Shown piece by piece: positions 13,352 through 26,236 of a stretch of DNA of 64,000 nucleotides. A program made the translations under genes and the position numbers. The notes beneath the pieces were generated by a model. It was not told the DNA's origin and searched no databases. It saw only the letters and a list, made by a program, of their open reading frames with translations. Positions within the stretch are counted from its first letter, which is position 1; each line of letters starts with the position of its first letter. The stretch comes from Microbotryum violaceum (Eukaryota): contig CDLV01000008.1 in assembly GCA_001244265.2 (NCBI GenBank), positions 1,426,001 to 1,490,000 on the forward strand. Direction: 5' to 3'.

Positions 13352-14206
13352 CGCTATGAGAGTGCTGTTCCCTCGTACACGTAGACAGTCTGTCCCTGAC
13401 CATTTCTTTTTCAATTGGTACATGCTTGTGAATACATTCGTGTACGGCACCCTCGTTATGCAATCCTATCCGTCTCTTGCCCCGAGGGGAGTAGCCGAGC
13501 CCTCTGTGTCAGGTCAATCGGGCTTCGGCGATCTCTCGCGGAGGCGAAAACCCAACCGACCGAAACCGCCGAATATGCGGTGGCCGTCGCTACATCTCGA
13601 GAGTATCAATTTCCCTTGAATCACGCTTTTAGCATCGTCATCAATTTGCCTCGATGTGATGGCCAGTGATCGGAAGAAGACTTTGCCCGAACAGAGCAGT
13701 GCGAATTGCCACCACCGTCAGCCATAGCCCGGGGCCGCCGCCGCGCCGGCCGGAGCCGCTTCGGGGGAGTCGACGTCGAAAAGATGTCTTGATCCTCGAT
13801 TCCGACACAAGGCTAACCAGTGACGGCTAATTAGGATCGACAATCTCATGCGAGTCAGCAGTGTGAGAGTGCGAATTGAAAACACTCGGAAGATGATAGT
13901 GGAGACGCGCGCGACTCCGAGCGGCTGCGTCGATTTCACATGCCAGACCATCCCTGCGGGCGAGGGTCCAGTCTGGTCCAGTGGGCGTCTTCTCGCTCCC
14001 TTCCCTTCTGCTCATCCGCCTCTGTCTTCCTCTCCCGATTCTCCCGATTCAATCCTCAGTCCATACCATCGTACGTCAACGTGCACGCATGCATGTGCAC
14101 CCGAAGACATCAGACATGGTTTACCCCCCAGCTGCCAGCTGGATCGATCGACGAGTCTCCGAGCTGACTCTGACATCGCTATCACGACCATTTCATAGGT
14201 TCAACC

Positions 14207-15718
14207 ATGTCCGCCGCCACCGCCCCCGTTGAACAATCCGCCGCCGGTGCCGCCCACGAGACTTCGATCCAGCGTGTGAGTACCTGCTCTCTTGGTGTGT
14301 GGGCTACCAGGCCTTGCTTTCGGCTACTACGGCGTTGACGCCAGCAACCCTGTCTGGCCGCGTCTGCTGAGCTGAAGAACGATGCGCTGGGAGATAGCGC
14401 ATGCGCGATTGCGCGTGCTCCTCCGATGTTTTTGGCAACGGCGGCGCACGTCATTGTCGGCGCCGACGTTCGGGTTCCAGCGGTCTTAAGATCCTTGCCT
14501 CCTCCGCACGCACTCAGTCTCCACCTCGAGGGGATAGCAGCTGACACTTGTCACCTCGACATGTTTTGTTGCAATCACAGGTTTCCGGGTACCCCGTTGT
14601 CAAAGACTCGCTCGCCCAGGCCCATGCGCTCGTCACGTCCAACACGTACTCGGATGCCCTTTACCAACGCGCTTCGGGCCTGTCGCAGCAGATCCTCGAA
14701 CAACTCAAGCCTCTGCAAGATCGCCTCCCGCTCCAGACCGTCGACAGCTATGCCAACGCCACTCTCGACTTTGTCGAGCAGCGCTTCCCATTGGTTAAGA
14801 GTGAGACCGGCGAGCTCTTCAAGACGGCCCGTCGACCCGCAGACGATGCCGCCGGTCTCGCAAAGTCGTACGCCGACGGCATCCAGTCGCGCCTTTCCCC
14901 TGTCACGCACGAATTCTCGACCCGCATCGCCCAGGGTCAAGACACTCTACACGCCCTCCAAGAGAAGCTGTCGTCGACCATTGCTTCTCGTGAGCTCTCT
15001 CGTGAAGCCCCCGATGTTTTCCTCTTTCCCGTCAAACATGAGCTGACGGACAACGCCTCGACTCTTCACAGTGCCTCGCGACAAGCAGTTCGCAACCGAT
15101 GCCGTCAACTCCATCTTCAAGGAAATCGAGTCCCTTTCCAGCTATGTCAAGACCAACGTCTCTGAGCTCGTGAGTCCAGGGCATCGCGGCGCTTACAATC
15201 GTCAAAGAATTTCGCTGATCAACTTGCTCGGTTCCCGTTCCTCGTCGCAGCCCGCCCACGCCCAAGCCCGTGCTCAACCCTTGATCGACGAGGTCGCTAA
15301 GGCCACGTCCCACATCCGCGAAGAATTGAACAAACCTGGTGAGTTTCGCCGAGCACTCACTGACCAGACGTGTTTACTCGGTCCCCGCGCTTGCTGCTGC
15401 TGACACGACGCACTGCGCTCCTCCGCAGATACCAACTTGTCGACCAAGGCGTCCAACATCCTCTCCTACACCCAGAGCCAAGTCTCGCCGCTCTTGAACT
15501 CGCTCAAGGAGATCGTTATCAAGAAGAAGGAGCAGGCCGTCGAAGTCGCCGAAGAGTCTGCCGAGGCGACCACAGACAAGGCCGACGAGGTCTCCTCTAC
15601 CGTCTCGCAGAAGGCCGACAAGGTCTCGTCCAAGACCTCAAAGAAGGCGGGCGACGCCTCTTCCAAGGTCTCGAAGAAGACGGACGAGGCCGCAGCCAAG
15701 GTCAACGGTTCGCAATGA
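14207..15718 (+). CDS. Perilipin-family lipid droplet protein, multi-exon
   Basis: Spliced N-terminus SIQR/VSGYPVVKDSL...LQTVDSYANATLDFVEQRFPLVK matches the PAT domain pattern of fungal perilipins (CAP20/Pln1/Ldp1 type); amphipathic repeats at the C-terminus. Confidence 0.8.
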
Positions 15719-16198
15719 GTGTGCAACCTCCTCCTTTTGGCCTCTCTCTGTTTTCTTCTTCTCCCACTCGCATCCCTATACAGTTTCCGGCGGCTCTTCC
15801 GTCAATGTGACAATACTATCTAGACACGGCGCCTGCAGTAACCAACTTTCAGTTCTACGTCCGCCTTTCTGCTTTCTTGCAATCCCAGACCACCAAGCAG
15901 CTATGCCTTCTGCCATTCTGGGAATCTGGCCCCCAGGAGAAACGCATCGGCCATTGTTCCCCATGATAAGTGCAAGGAGTTTAGAAAGAATTCCTCTTCG
16001 CAACCAACAGATGGCGCACGTCTTGCGGCGAATTCATCTGCTGCGCACTTCGGCATCCATGTTCGAGTGGCGGGGAAACGAGCTTAGGTTGTTGGCACAT
16101 TGCAAACTACACATTGAGACCTTAGATACAATATACAAACCTCAAGGTGAACAAGGTGACGCAACCATACTTTCGATCTCACCCACGCAAGACCGTCG

Positions 16199-17905
16199 TC
16201 ATCTCAAAATCCTTGCTCGGACATCCTGCACGAGGGATCGCACGTCTTGACTCTGCAGGCGCGCTTCGACCAAATCTTCGATGTCATCCGACGAATCGAC
16301 CAAAGACGCGCCTCGCATCCGACCGTCTGGGCCATATTCGATCTTAAGGGCCCGGACATTGCCTTCCGTCGTTTCGAGTTCGAGAATCATATCTGTTGGC
16401 GGTGCACCGACGGAGTAGGCTGATCGAATCCCCATCAAGGAGGAGTAGAGCGCAGTGGTGTTTGTGATCCTGCAGATGGTGGACCGTTCAGCGCGCTGGT
16501 GGGATGTCGTGGGCCTGGTCGAACGTGCTGACTCACCATCGGCATCCCTCCTCGGCCCTTTCGTCTCGAGTCCCTTTGGCTTGTCTCTCCTCCAACTCCT
16601 TGCTCATCTCTCGGTTCACCATCTTCAACTGGTCCAGTTTCCCTTTCGCCGTCTTGATCGCGGACTTTGTCCGCGGCAGTTTCGCCTCGGCGTCCCTGAT
16701 CTTGGTTCCAATCTCCACGATCTCGCCGTCGTGAGCCTCCAACTGGGCAAAGGCTTCGTCGATCGTGATGCGCTGAGAGTAATTTTGGAGAGTTCACAAC
16801 AATTCAATTTCCCACGCAAGGGGACCGATTCACTTACGTCGGCTGCGGATCGTTTGTTTTTTAGGAAAGCGATCTCTCGCTCCATCTCTTCACATTCTCG
16901 CAACAGCTTGGACGCGACCATCGCGTCCTCTTCCGTCTGGCGAAGACCTGTATACGATATTGAGCGACGATCACGGTGTCAGCTCCGCCCACCTTGAGAA
17001 GGATGCATTGATCGAGCGGCGCAAGCCCGATCAGACTGACGACCGTCCAATACGTCCGCTTCGGAACGAATCTGTTCCTCCAATTCAATCGCTCGCGTCT
17101 TTCTTTCTTTGAGCTCGATTTTGGACTGAAGCCTTTGTCGCTCTGTCAGGTTCAAGAGTTGGAATTCAGCATTGGAATGCAGCTATCAGCGGACCTGATA
17201 GTCCAGTTCTGTTGAATAGCAGCGGCTTGAAAACGTCGATACTCGGAAAACATTGAGCGGGAAGGACTTTGCTTACCCAGCGCATCGTTCTCTTCGAGCG
17301 AGACAAACTTGGGTCCCTGGGGGTCGAGCACGTTCTCGACGAAGAAGACCTTGGTGTTTGATTCGAGGCAGGCGAACTTGAGCGCCGAAACGGAATCCTG
17401 CGCGCGAGCGAATAGTCATGGCGGTCAGTTCCCCAGCATGACTGGCATACCATTCAACAATGCCCAGCGTGAATCGGTGCTCTACCTTGAACGCCTTGAG
17501 GTCTCTGACCGCACTGAGCTTGTCGTCGGGATCCATAACGAGGCCGAGGTCGTCGTCGCCGTAACCTGTGAGGTTGGTCGCGTCGAACAAGGACGTAGCA
17601 TCTCGTTGGGTCGACGATCGCAGCACGACCGACACCTTGAGTTCGTGGGCTTTGAAGGCATGTTCGTTGAGGAGGTTCAGGGCACTGTTTGGGCGATAGG
17701 TCAAGGGGAAAATGCGGGGCGGTCAGCGTGGGTGTATGCTCTTTCAGGAAGCGACCCTGGCCGATCGGCTGCTTATAGTTGAGTGAACCCGCGTCGGCGG
17801 GGGCGATGGCGGCGAGCGATCGGTATGTGTGGGGGCTATTTGGCACACCGCGTCTTGTGAAATCACTCACGCATTCGTTCGGTCGACCAAGACGTTTTCA
17901 GACAT
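16199..17905 (-). CDS. Kinetochore protein Sos7/Kre28-like, multi-exon
   Basis: Spliced segment DSVSALKFACLESNTKVFFVENVLDPQGPKFVSLEENDAL resembles the Sos7 motif (LKF.YLEQ.TKEKF....P..V..EEN.EL), followed by a long coiled coil; start MSENVLVDRTNA at 17905. Confidence 0.65.
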
Positions 17906-18003
17906 ATTGGCCAAAAGATCGTGTAGTTTGCAGAGGTGCGAAACGAGATGATGCGTCAACGACTGAGGAAACACACGCACCGTCGCGCGAGCCGAGCTGA
18001 GCC

Positions 18004-19183
18004 AGGACCCCCGAAAGCCCAGCCATAGGCGGCCCTCTAAAAACGGCCTTTTTCGAGTCAAAACGTCCATTTTTTTTCCGGATTCTGACTGAGAATGTCC
18101 AGAAAAGAGGGCCGCCTAGCGTTGAATAATTTCTCAAAATTACTCTACAAGCTGTACAATGCTCAGAAACTTTTCTGCGCTACGCGCAGACTGCATTCCC
18201 GCCGCGCGCGGGCGGGAAAGGTTGCGCGCGCGCGCACCGAGCACCAAGAGCGGTGCCAGCGCGACCGCCAACGAGCCTTTTCAAAATGAAATGGACTCGA
18301 ATAGGATCTCATCTTTGTTTATCATTCATTTGATGGATCAAAATCAATATCATTTACATCTACATGGAAGAATGCACGCCAAAATAAGGTTCTCAGCCGC
18401 ACGCCATATCCTAATATGTATGTGCCTAGAAATATCTGGGAAAGTCGGAGGAAATGCAGTTAAGCACACTGGCTAGGCCAGTAGTGTAGGACTCTTTGAC
18501 CCTGAATCAGAATCGATCATACCCACCAAATCCCCCTTGGGTGTTTTACAGAGACACAAGGCCAGCCTTGCACTCCTGAATTGATGCCCAGAGCTCTTCG
18601 AATGCCATTTCGGTGATCGCGCGATCGGGTGATCGGTTCCAAAGAATCCGACGTGTATCGGCGGCGGCGAACCCTGAGAATCTTTGACCGACTAGGAAAA
18701 GAAAGATACGACTAGGAAAAAAAGATATTTCTCGGCGAGAGAGCTTCCAGATCGAAAGGAAGAAGAGGAGACGTAGCTCGACAAGTCGGCGTTCCGAGCG
18801 AGAGACGATCAAAAAACGATAAACGATCGCAAATGTCTTACAGGAACAGCCCAATAAGTAGCCTCTGAGTAGTTCTAGTTACGAATTGCTTTGAGCCTAT
18901 CCTTCAAGAATGACAGATTGTATTTTATGCACATCAGAGGCGCATACCTTACAGCAAATACAGACACTAACGCGCTCCAAACGCAAACAGCGCGACTGTT
19001 CACCGCGCCGCGCAGCTGGGCCCGGCTATGCCCTGCGGCCCTGCGCCTCCCGCTACCCTGGTCTGCGCTTCAAAGTTCGACCGGAGGGAGGAAAATGTCC
19101 AAAAATGAGGTGAGCCTCGACCCTTTTTGAGCCCAAAATGTCCAAATTTGCGGGCCGCCTCTGGCTCGGCTTTCGGGGGTCCT
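18004..19183. mobile_element. Non-autonomous TIR DNA transposon (1180 bp, 32-bp TIR, 8-bp TSD)
   Basis: TIR AGGACCCCCGAAAGCCCAGCCATAGGCGGCCC (18004-18035) matches the reverse complement of 19152-19183 with 2 mismatches. Perfect TSD GCTGAGCC at 17996-18003 and 19184-19191. No credible internal ORF. Confidence 0.88.
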
Positions 19184-19510
19184 GCTGAGCCGAGTGAGTA
19201 CTCCACTTTACTCAACTGGCACCTATTACTGGCACCGTCGCACGAACTCGCACGGACCCACCAAAAGCTCGTGAAACCTCCACGGGTCGGCACTGATCAG
19301 TAATGCCATCTTCGATCGGCACCCACGGCAAAGACCGGACTTTTGTCTGAAAGTAAAACGAATTTGCAGTCACACTCGCCGCGTCAAAGAAAGCGATAAA
19401 ACATGGTTCTCCGGCGAAGCATACGGTCCAAAGGGCTCCAAAAATCCGATACATCAGGGCTGGTGGGTTGGGTTTAATGGCAGTGATGATTCTACGATCG
19501 ATCCTACGGC

Positions 19511-20572
19511 TCATAACCGCTCTTCATACGCCTTCCACCCCGCTTGCTGGTACACCTGACAACTCTTGACAATCTCCTCGTCGGGTTTGCCTTCCCCACC
19601 ACCATAGATCCCTCGCCCGACGATGATGACGTCGCAGCCGCTTTGCTTGATCACCTCGTCCGGAGTTCGGTACTGCTGGCCCATGCCATCCCCCTTGGAC
19701 TCGAGCCCGACGCCGGGGGTCATGATGATGAAATCGGCGCCGGTGCCGACCTCGACCGCACCCGAGGAGACCTCGTCCTCGTCGACGCGATGCATGGCGA
19801 CGAAGCCCATCACGAAATCAGTATGCCGCCTCGCCATGGCCACGGTCGTGGCGGTGTAGTCACCCGTCGCGAGGTTACTCGCGGACGACATCTCCGCGAG
19901 CAGAAGCAGTCCACGGTCGAGGGGGAGTCCGACCTGGGCCAGACCGGAAACGATGCCATCACCGGGGATAGGGTGCGCGTTCGTCAGATGTGCCCATGAG
20001 GCGATCTTGTAGATGCCCGAAGAGTACTGCAATTTGACCGTGTTGCCTGTCGATCACATACCAGGCCAGGGGTGCGGACCCACGCGTTAAGACACTCTGA
20101 GCATGGTGCGAAGCGAGCGAAAGACGGCACAGCCTCAGCGGGGAGTGTACGAACCAATGTCGGCAAACTTGCGGTCCTCCCAGATCAAGAAATCATGCTT
20201 TTTGGCCAAGGCTTGCAGTTGCTGGACGAGGTCGTCGTCAAAGTCCGAGACGATATCGATATGGGTCTGCGGAAATCGAGCCGTCGTCGTCGTTGGCCGG
20301 CGTAGGGTGGGGCGACGCGGGCGAAGCGATCAATACTCTGCAGGGTGAAGGTTTCATCCAACTCGAGTGGGTGTGCTTCTCACCTTGACGCAGCAACAGT
20401 AGGGTCCGGCGGCGTTGGCGATGCGCAGCAGGCTCGACTTGGTCGTGACATCGACCGAGACACACAGGTTCGACTTCTTGCGCTCGATGCACGACAGGAG
20501 CTGTTGGGCCACTTTGATCGGATGCGACGCAGCTCGTTGGGCGTAGGTGAGCTGGGCGATGGACGAGGGCAT
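19511..20572 (-). CDS. URA3: Orotidine-5'-phosphate decarboxylase, 3 exons
   Basis: [67 protein letters not shown] motifs. Confidence 0.97.
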
Positions 20573-20993
20573 CGTGCGCGTAGGGTGGCACAGTGCAGGA
20601 GGTCGAGCTCGCCGAAGCACCAAGCTCGGACTCAGCAGCAGAAGCTGAGCCATTCATTGGTGCCGAATGCGGCCTTTCAAGAAACGGAATTGCGAGTTAG
20701 GACCCTGTTATAATCCGCGCATTTGTTCGCCACTTCCCCGACTCTGGGGAAGCGTAGATTGGCTTCCAACAGCATCGCCCTTCGGCCACCGGCCACTGCC
20801 CCACTGGCCGCATCCCCTTTGGTCCGTTCCAGCAAAGCAGCTAGTAGTAGTGCTATCTGAATGCTGACCTTAGCCGTTACTCGTTCCTTCAACTTTGATC
20901 GATCAATCCGCTCCGGCTGCTCGGTTCGCTTCGCTCGGCCGACCACCCGCTAGCCTCTCGGGTCCCGTATCACACGCACCATCGAGCCCCACT

Positions 20994-21884
20994 ATGGCGA
21001 CTCAAGAATTTGATTCGAGCTCGGCTCCCAGCGAGGCCACTTTCGCCACCGCACTCGCGGCAACCATCAAGGACCACACCGGCGCCGACGTCAGCTTTGG
21101 CTCGCTCCTCTCGGCCGAGCGTGCCCACAAGGCGATCGTCATCTTCATCCGTCATTTCGTAAACTAGCGAGTTCGATTTCACCGTGATCTGCGGTCTAAA
21201 GGGTGTGATTGGCCGAAACTGACGGATTCAACCCTGCCGCCTCGTTTCTGCGACGTCACGTCACGTGCTTCTCGGCCATTGATCTGGTCGGCCCGCCCCT
21301 GGCACCCTCAACCTGGACTGTGCAATGGCGTTCCCAGTACTGCGGACTGTGCCAAGATTTTCTGTTTTTCCTCACGTCCAAAGTCAAGCCCGATCTACTG
21401 CAATCCCACAACACGAAGCTCATCATCGTAGGCTGCGGCGAATTTGGTCTACTCGACGGCTACAAGGCACTTATCGGCACCCCGTACGATATCTACGCCG
21501 ACCTGGACCTCAGCGTGTACACCCCGCTCGGAATGACGCGACGGACGCTCGAACAGGGCAAATTTGGCCCGAACAACAAGCCCGAGTACTTGGTCCGCTC
21601 GGGTAAGTCGTGCATTGCTACCTGCTCGCTCTAGCAGGCTCCTGCGGTCGATGCTCAAAAGTCAAACGTCTACAGCGTTCAGCAATATCGTCACGTCGAT
21701 ACGCAACGTCTTCAAGATGGGCAAGCCCATGGCCAACTCGGGTGACATCAGGCAGCTCGGCGGCGAGTTTGTGTTTGATTCACAGAAGCAGGCGGTGTTT
21801 GTGCATCGCATGGAGAATACGAGGGGCCACGCTAAGCTCGCCGAGATTCTCGGTGCGGCCGGGGTCCCCTATGAAAGTGCATGA
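20994..21884 (+). CDS. AhpC/TSA-type (PRXL2-like) thioredoxin-fold protein, multi-exon
   Basis: VIFIRHF/YCGLCQ (CxxC), LIIVGCG, IYADLDLSVY..LGM and QLGGEFVF...HRMENTRGH are typical of the AhpC-TSA_2 family. Confidence 0.85.
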
Positions 21885-22395
21885 GCCCAAGTACCTAGGG
21901 GTGGGGAATAGCTCCCTCACACCACGATTCTCCTATAACTTTGTCACCACCACATAGATCATGTAAGATTGTTGCCAAATGTCATCTACAAATTCACGTC
22001 TCCCAGTCTGCCGAGACCCGCCGCTCCCGATGCGATTCGGTGATTACGAGCTCAGTCCTGCACGTGAGCACGGGAAATGACTCGATCCTGATCACTAGAA
22101 CATGAGGGCAGAAGAGTAAAGGGGTAAGTATGAGCCCCACCTGGGAGCCTAAGTAAACGTACTATGTCGGTAGGTAAGTACTGTGTAGGTACTGCCCGCA
22201 CACAATGCTCAGCTTCAAAGTCCAAACAACAGTGCTTACCTACTGCGCAAGCCCTCGCGCCGAGGGTGGATTTTGCTGCGCTTGCCACCAGGAACAACGC
22301 GGCCGTCACCGACTGAGCGGCTCGCCTCATTCTGTCGCCTTCGCACACACGTTGGGTCCTCTGCAACCCTCCATTCCTCTACGACGTATCCCAGC

Positions 22396-24707
22396 ATGAA
22401 GTCCCTCTTCATTACGGCCGCACTCCTCGCGAGTCGTGTCGCACTTGCGATTCCGGCCTCGTTCCTGATACAAGCGCCAGGCAACTCGGCGTTGCTGAAC
22501 TCGCCCGGGCCTCACGAGGACCAGCAGCAGCCGCCCCAGCAGGGCGGCGCATCGAAGGTCACGGTTTCGTTCGAACACTCGGTCGAATCCATCATTGACC
22601 AGCTCAAGGATTCAATCGCGCACCCGCCCCCGCACTCGCCCCCGCACTCGTATCCACAGCACTCGCCACAAGACGCCGCGGACTCGGAGTCCGCAGCAAG
22701 CCCGCCCTGGCGCAAGTTGCCGCCCCACCACCCACCAGCGTACCTAGACTTTTCCAACTACACCATCATCGAGATCCTGAACGCAACTTTGCATCATCAC
22801 CACGACGACCCCGACGACCCCGAGGGCCGCCACGGAGGCGACTCGGACTCGCAGCGCCGTGGCGCCGAATCGATGACGGCAGTGAATCGCGCGGGGCACC
22901 GCATGCGCATTCTCATCATGACGATCCCGCGTTTTTGCCCCTGCAACGATTGGCGTGGTTGGTGAACCGCTCCTCCGAGGCTCTGGCCTCGCTTGACAAC
23001 AGTGAGTGGGACCGAGATGGAATCACACCTCGGGGGAAGCTTGTACACTGACTTTTTGTTTGTGATACTTTTTCGTACTGCGGATCTGCCTCTGTCTCAC
23101 AGAGGGCATCACTCTACTCGCTCCTGACGATCGCGCGCTGACGCCCCCCCATCGCCGAGGTGGCGCCGAGCATCCCCCTCGCCGCCATGGCCCCCGTCGA
23201 CAAGACGATAAGGCCCCAGTCGATCGGCCCGAAGAAGACGACGAGTTGATGGCCCAGCCTCTCGTTCACCCCATCTACCACGTCCAACGTTCGCTGCGCC
23301 AACTCGGCCTCGCTACCGAGTGGAACGACCGCGTTGGCGAAAGCGGCAGCGGAGACAACAGCGACGAGGACGACGAAAAGCGCCTCAAACGCTTCGAGCA
23401 CATCGTTGCGTATATTCTCAAGTACCACACACACCCTGCCCTCGGAATTGAGCGGACGGGAGCTCGCGTCGTCGTCGACGGTTGAAACGGGTCTCAACAC
23501 CAGCCGGGTCAAGGTCGAGCCGAGCTTTGCTCTATTCCCGCACCCGTACCGCACGATCAAGTTCAACGGGTATGCGAGCAAGAAGCTCACCTTCAAGGCC
23601 AAGAACCGCCTGATCCACCTCATCGGCGCACCCCTGCTGCCGCCCCTGTCGCCTCTTAATGGCCTTTTCCTGTTCCCACAAGCGTTCTCGACCCTGACCT
23701 CGGATTTGCAAAAAGTCGACCTCGCCGAGTCATTGCTGCCTCACTATCACCACTCTGCCGACGCTGAAGTCGAGGAGCAAGAGTCGTCGTCGCCGTCTTC
23801 GTTGCTGATGGACCAGCTCGTCGACGAGATCGTCAAGGAGAATAACCTGACCTCGTTCACCGTCTTTGCGCCAACGAATTTGGCGTTCACGCAGCTCGGC
23901 TCCAAGATCGTGGCGCTGTTGCACTCCCCCTTCCCCCTCTCGAAGTGCATTCTCAAGTAAATCTTTTCGTACCACGTTGTTCCCGATGTTGTCTTTTACA
24001 GCGACTTTATCCGCGGTGCCAAGCCGTCCGCGGGCCTTGACCGCTTCATCGTCTCGGAGAGCCACGACGTCGACGTTCCCCTCGAGTGGGTGATGGACGA
24101 ACGCCGCCACTGGATCGCTCCCAGATCCGTTGTGAATGCCCTACCAAATGTTCCCAAGTTCCCCTTTCCCAAGATGCCGGAGCACCGAGGACCCCCAGGA
24201 GCCCCTGGACGCAGGCCGCCGCCGCCTCCTCGACGTGGTGGGGAGCACGATGCTCCTCACCACACGCCGCCGCACCACAAGGCCAACGTCACGCACTACG
24301 AGCTACCGACGCTGCTGACGGGTGAGAACAAGAACGCGACGCTCAAGGTGCTCAGTGTGGCGTTCCGCCGCTTTGGCCGGGGCCCCGTTCGTCGCGCCGT
24401 GATCGTGTTGCCCAACCACTCGTCGGAACACGGCCATGGTCAAGACGGTGTCGATGAATTCACCGTCTACACCAGCGACGCGGATTCGAAGCCAAACCAC
24501 ACCGACTGCCCCCATCGCCGCGGCCCGCCTCCTGCCCATCCGGTCAAGGTTTTCCGTACCGATGTGCCGGCCCGCAATGGCGCGGTCCAGGTTGTCAACA
24601 AGCTTCTACGACCTCCCGTGCCTCACCACGATTCGCCTTCGTTCGGTAAGCCTGCGACCCAGCACCGTCGATTCCTCGGAGGTGGCATGGCCGCGCTCTT
24701 TGATTAG
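22396..24707 (+). pseudogene. Secreted fasciclin (FAS1) domain protein, apparently disrupted
   Basis: Signal peptide MKSLFITAALLA...; FAS1 motifs ITLLAPDD, ILKYH, FTVFAPTNLAF, YHVVP, DVPARNGAVQVVNKLL. There is a frameshift near 22800-22900, a 4-bp CA expansion near 23425-23433 and an in-frame TAA at 23958-23960. Confidence 0.7.
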
Positions 24708-24934
24708 GCCTGCTTATCTCGTGGCGATCGTGGCGCCCACTGCATGAGAGCCTAAGAGCTCATGTAACCGCGTTCGCATCGAGCTTGCCTCGTGGCTGCT
24801 TGGTTTAACCCCTTTCCTGCCTCGATCCTTTCGAGTTGTCGTGTTTTCGTTGCTGCCCTGCGTGCGCCGGTTCACATGAGCAGCCCACTGCAATCACTGG
24901 ACGCCAAGTTTTTGTCGGATCCAGTTTCTATTTA

Positions 24935-26198
24935 GAGAAAAGGACAAAAATGCCCTCGAAAAATAGCGAAAGGACGAAAATGCTCTCACTTCTTTTTCAT
25001 GAGGACAGAAATGCCGTTCTCTAAAGGACCAAAATGCCCTGGGATTCTCGACTTCTGTAATACTTGATATATCAGCTCATAACCAAGAGGGTAGTTTCTT
25101 GTAGTCGTTGTGATCAGCGCCGTATACTCAGGATCCTCAGAGATGCCGTGAGAATTCATATATCACGGTCGCAAAGTCAGGGCCCGTCCGAGTCGAAAGC
25201 GAGCGATGAGTATAGACCGCAGTGAATTCCCATATGATACAGACCAGCATGCCTTCAACTTGTAGTCACATTGACACTTTTAACGCCTGGTGCTCATATT
25301 CAAATGGTTTTATCTATCGCACGTAGCTCGATTGTGTCCGGGCCTCTTGCAGAGGCCACAGATCATGTCACGCTTGGACCTCTCGTCCGCACTCCGGATC
25401 CTGCGCTTGATCGGACGTCGTGTACGCTTGGAGAGATGTGACGGAACGATAATGACACCCTCTTCTTCTCCAGTTGAGTCACTATTGTCCCTTTTCACCG
25501 CGACCTCATGACGCTCACGAGGAAGACGATGCAGCTTTCATTCGGCCCGAGATGGAACAGGTTGGAGCGGTGTCGCGTAAGTCTGCTCTTGCTGTCGCCG
25601 GTGTGTAGCAGCGATCGGTAACTGTGGGCTTCATTGAAGACAATGATGGTCCACACACTGCATTCTCCTGTGTAGAGAGCAGTGGCAGAGAAGGCGCACG
25701 GAGGATCTTGGACACTCTTGCTCACGACGCGTGTCAGACTTGCGAATGTCGAGCTGAAACTGGTGATCAAGCGCATATTGATGGCCCGCATCTGTGAGCT
25801 CCTTCTTTTCGTAGAGACTTTTCCCCTTTCTGAGAGAATGTTCCATTGTCGAAAGCCGGTGGTGACTTCGATGCCGGGGCGAGAATGCGCAGGGTGGCCA
25901 ACGTCGATTCGCGAACTCGCGCGCCTCGACGCGTTGACGATCGATGAGGACCCCTGGCTTTGCGACCGTGATATATGAATTCTCACGGCATCTCTGGGGA
26001 TCCTGAGTATACGGCGGTGATCACAACGACTCCAAGAAGCTACCCTCTTGGTTATGAGCTGATATATCAAGCATTACAGAAGTCGAGAATCCGAGGGCAT
26101 TTTGGTCCTTTAGAGAACGGCATTTCTGTCCTCATGAAAAGAAGCGAGGGCATTTTCGTCCTTTCGCTATCTTTTGAGGGCATTTTTGTCCTTTTCTC
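24935..26198 (-). mobile_element. Mutator-like element (MULE), internally deleted, ~250-bp TIRs, 9-bp TSD
   Basis: Long TIRs GAGAAAAGGACAAAAATGCCCTC... (24935-~25185) and ...GAGGGCATTTTTGTCCTTTTCTC (~25948-26198). Perfect TSD TTCTATTTA at 24926-24934 and 26199-26207. Internal remnant RPIKRRIRS...CGLCKRPGHNRATC is typical of MULE transposase C-termini. Confidence 0.92.
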
Positions 26199-26236
26199 TT
26201 CTATTTAACCTCTTCTCCTTCTTTGATGCCTGTAAA

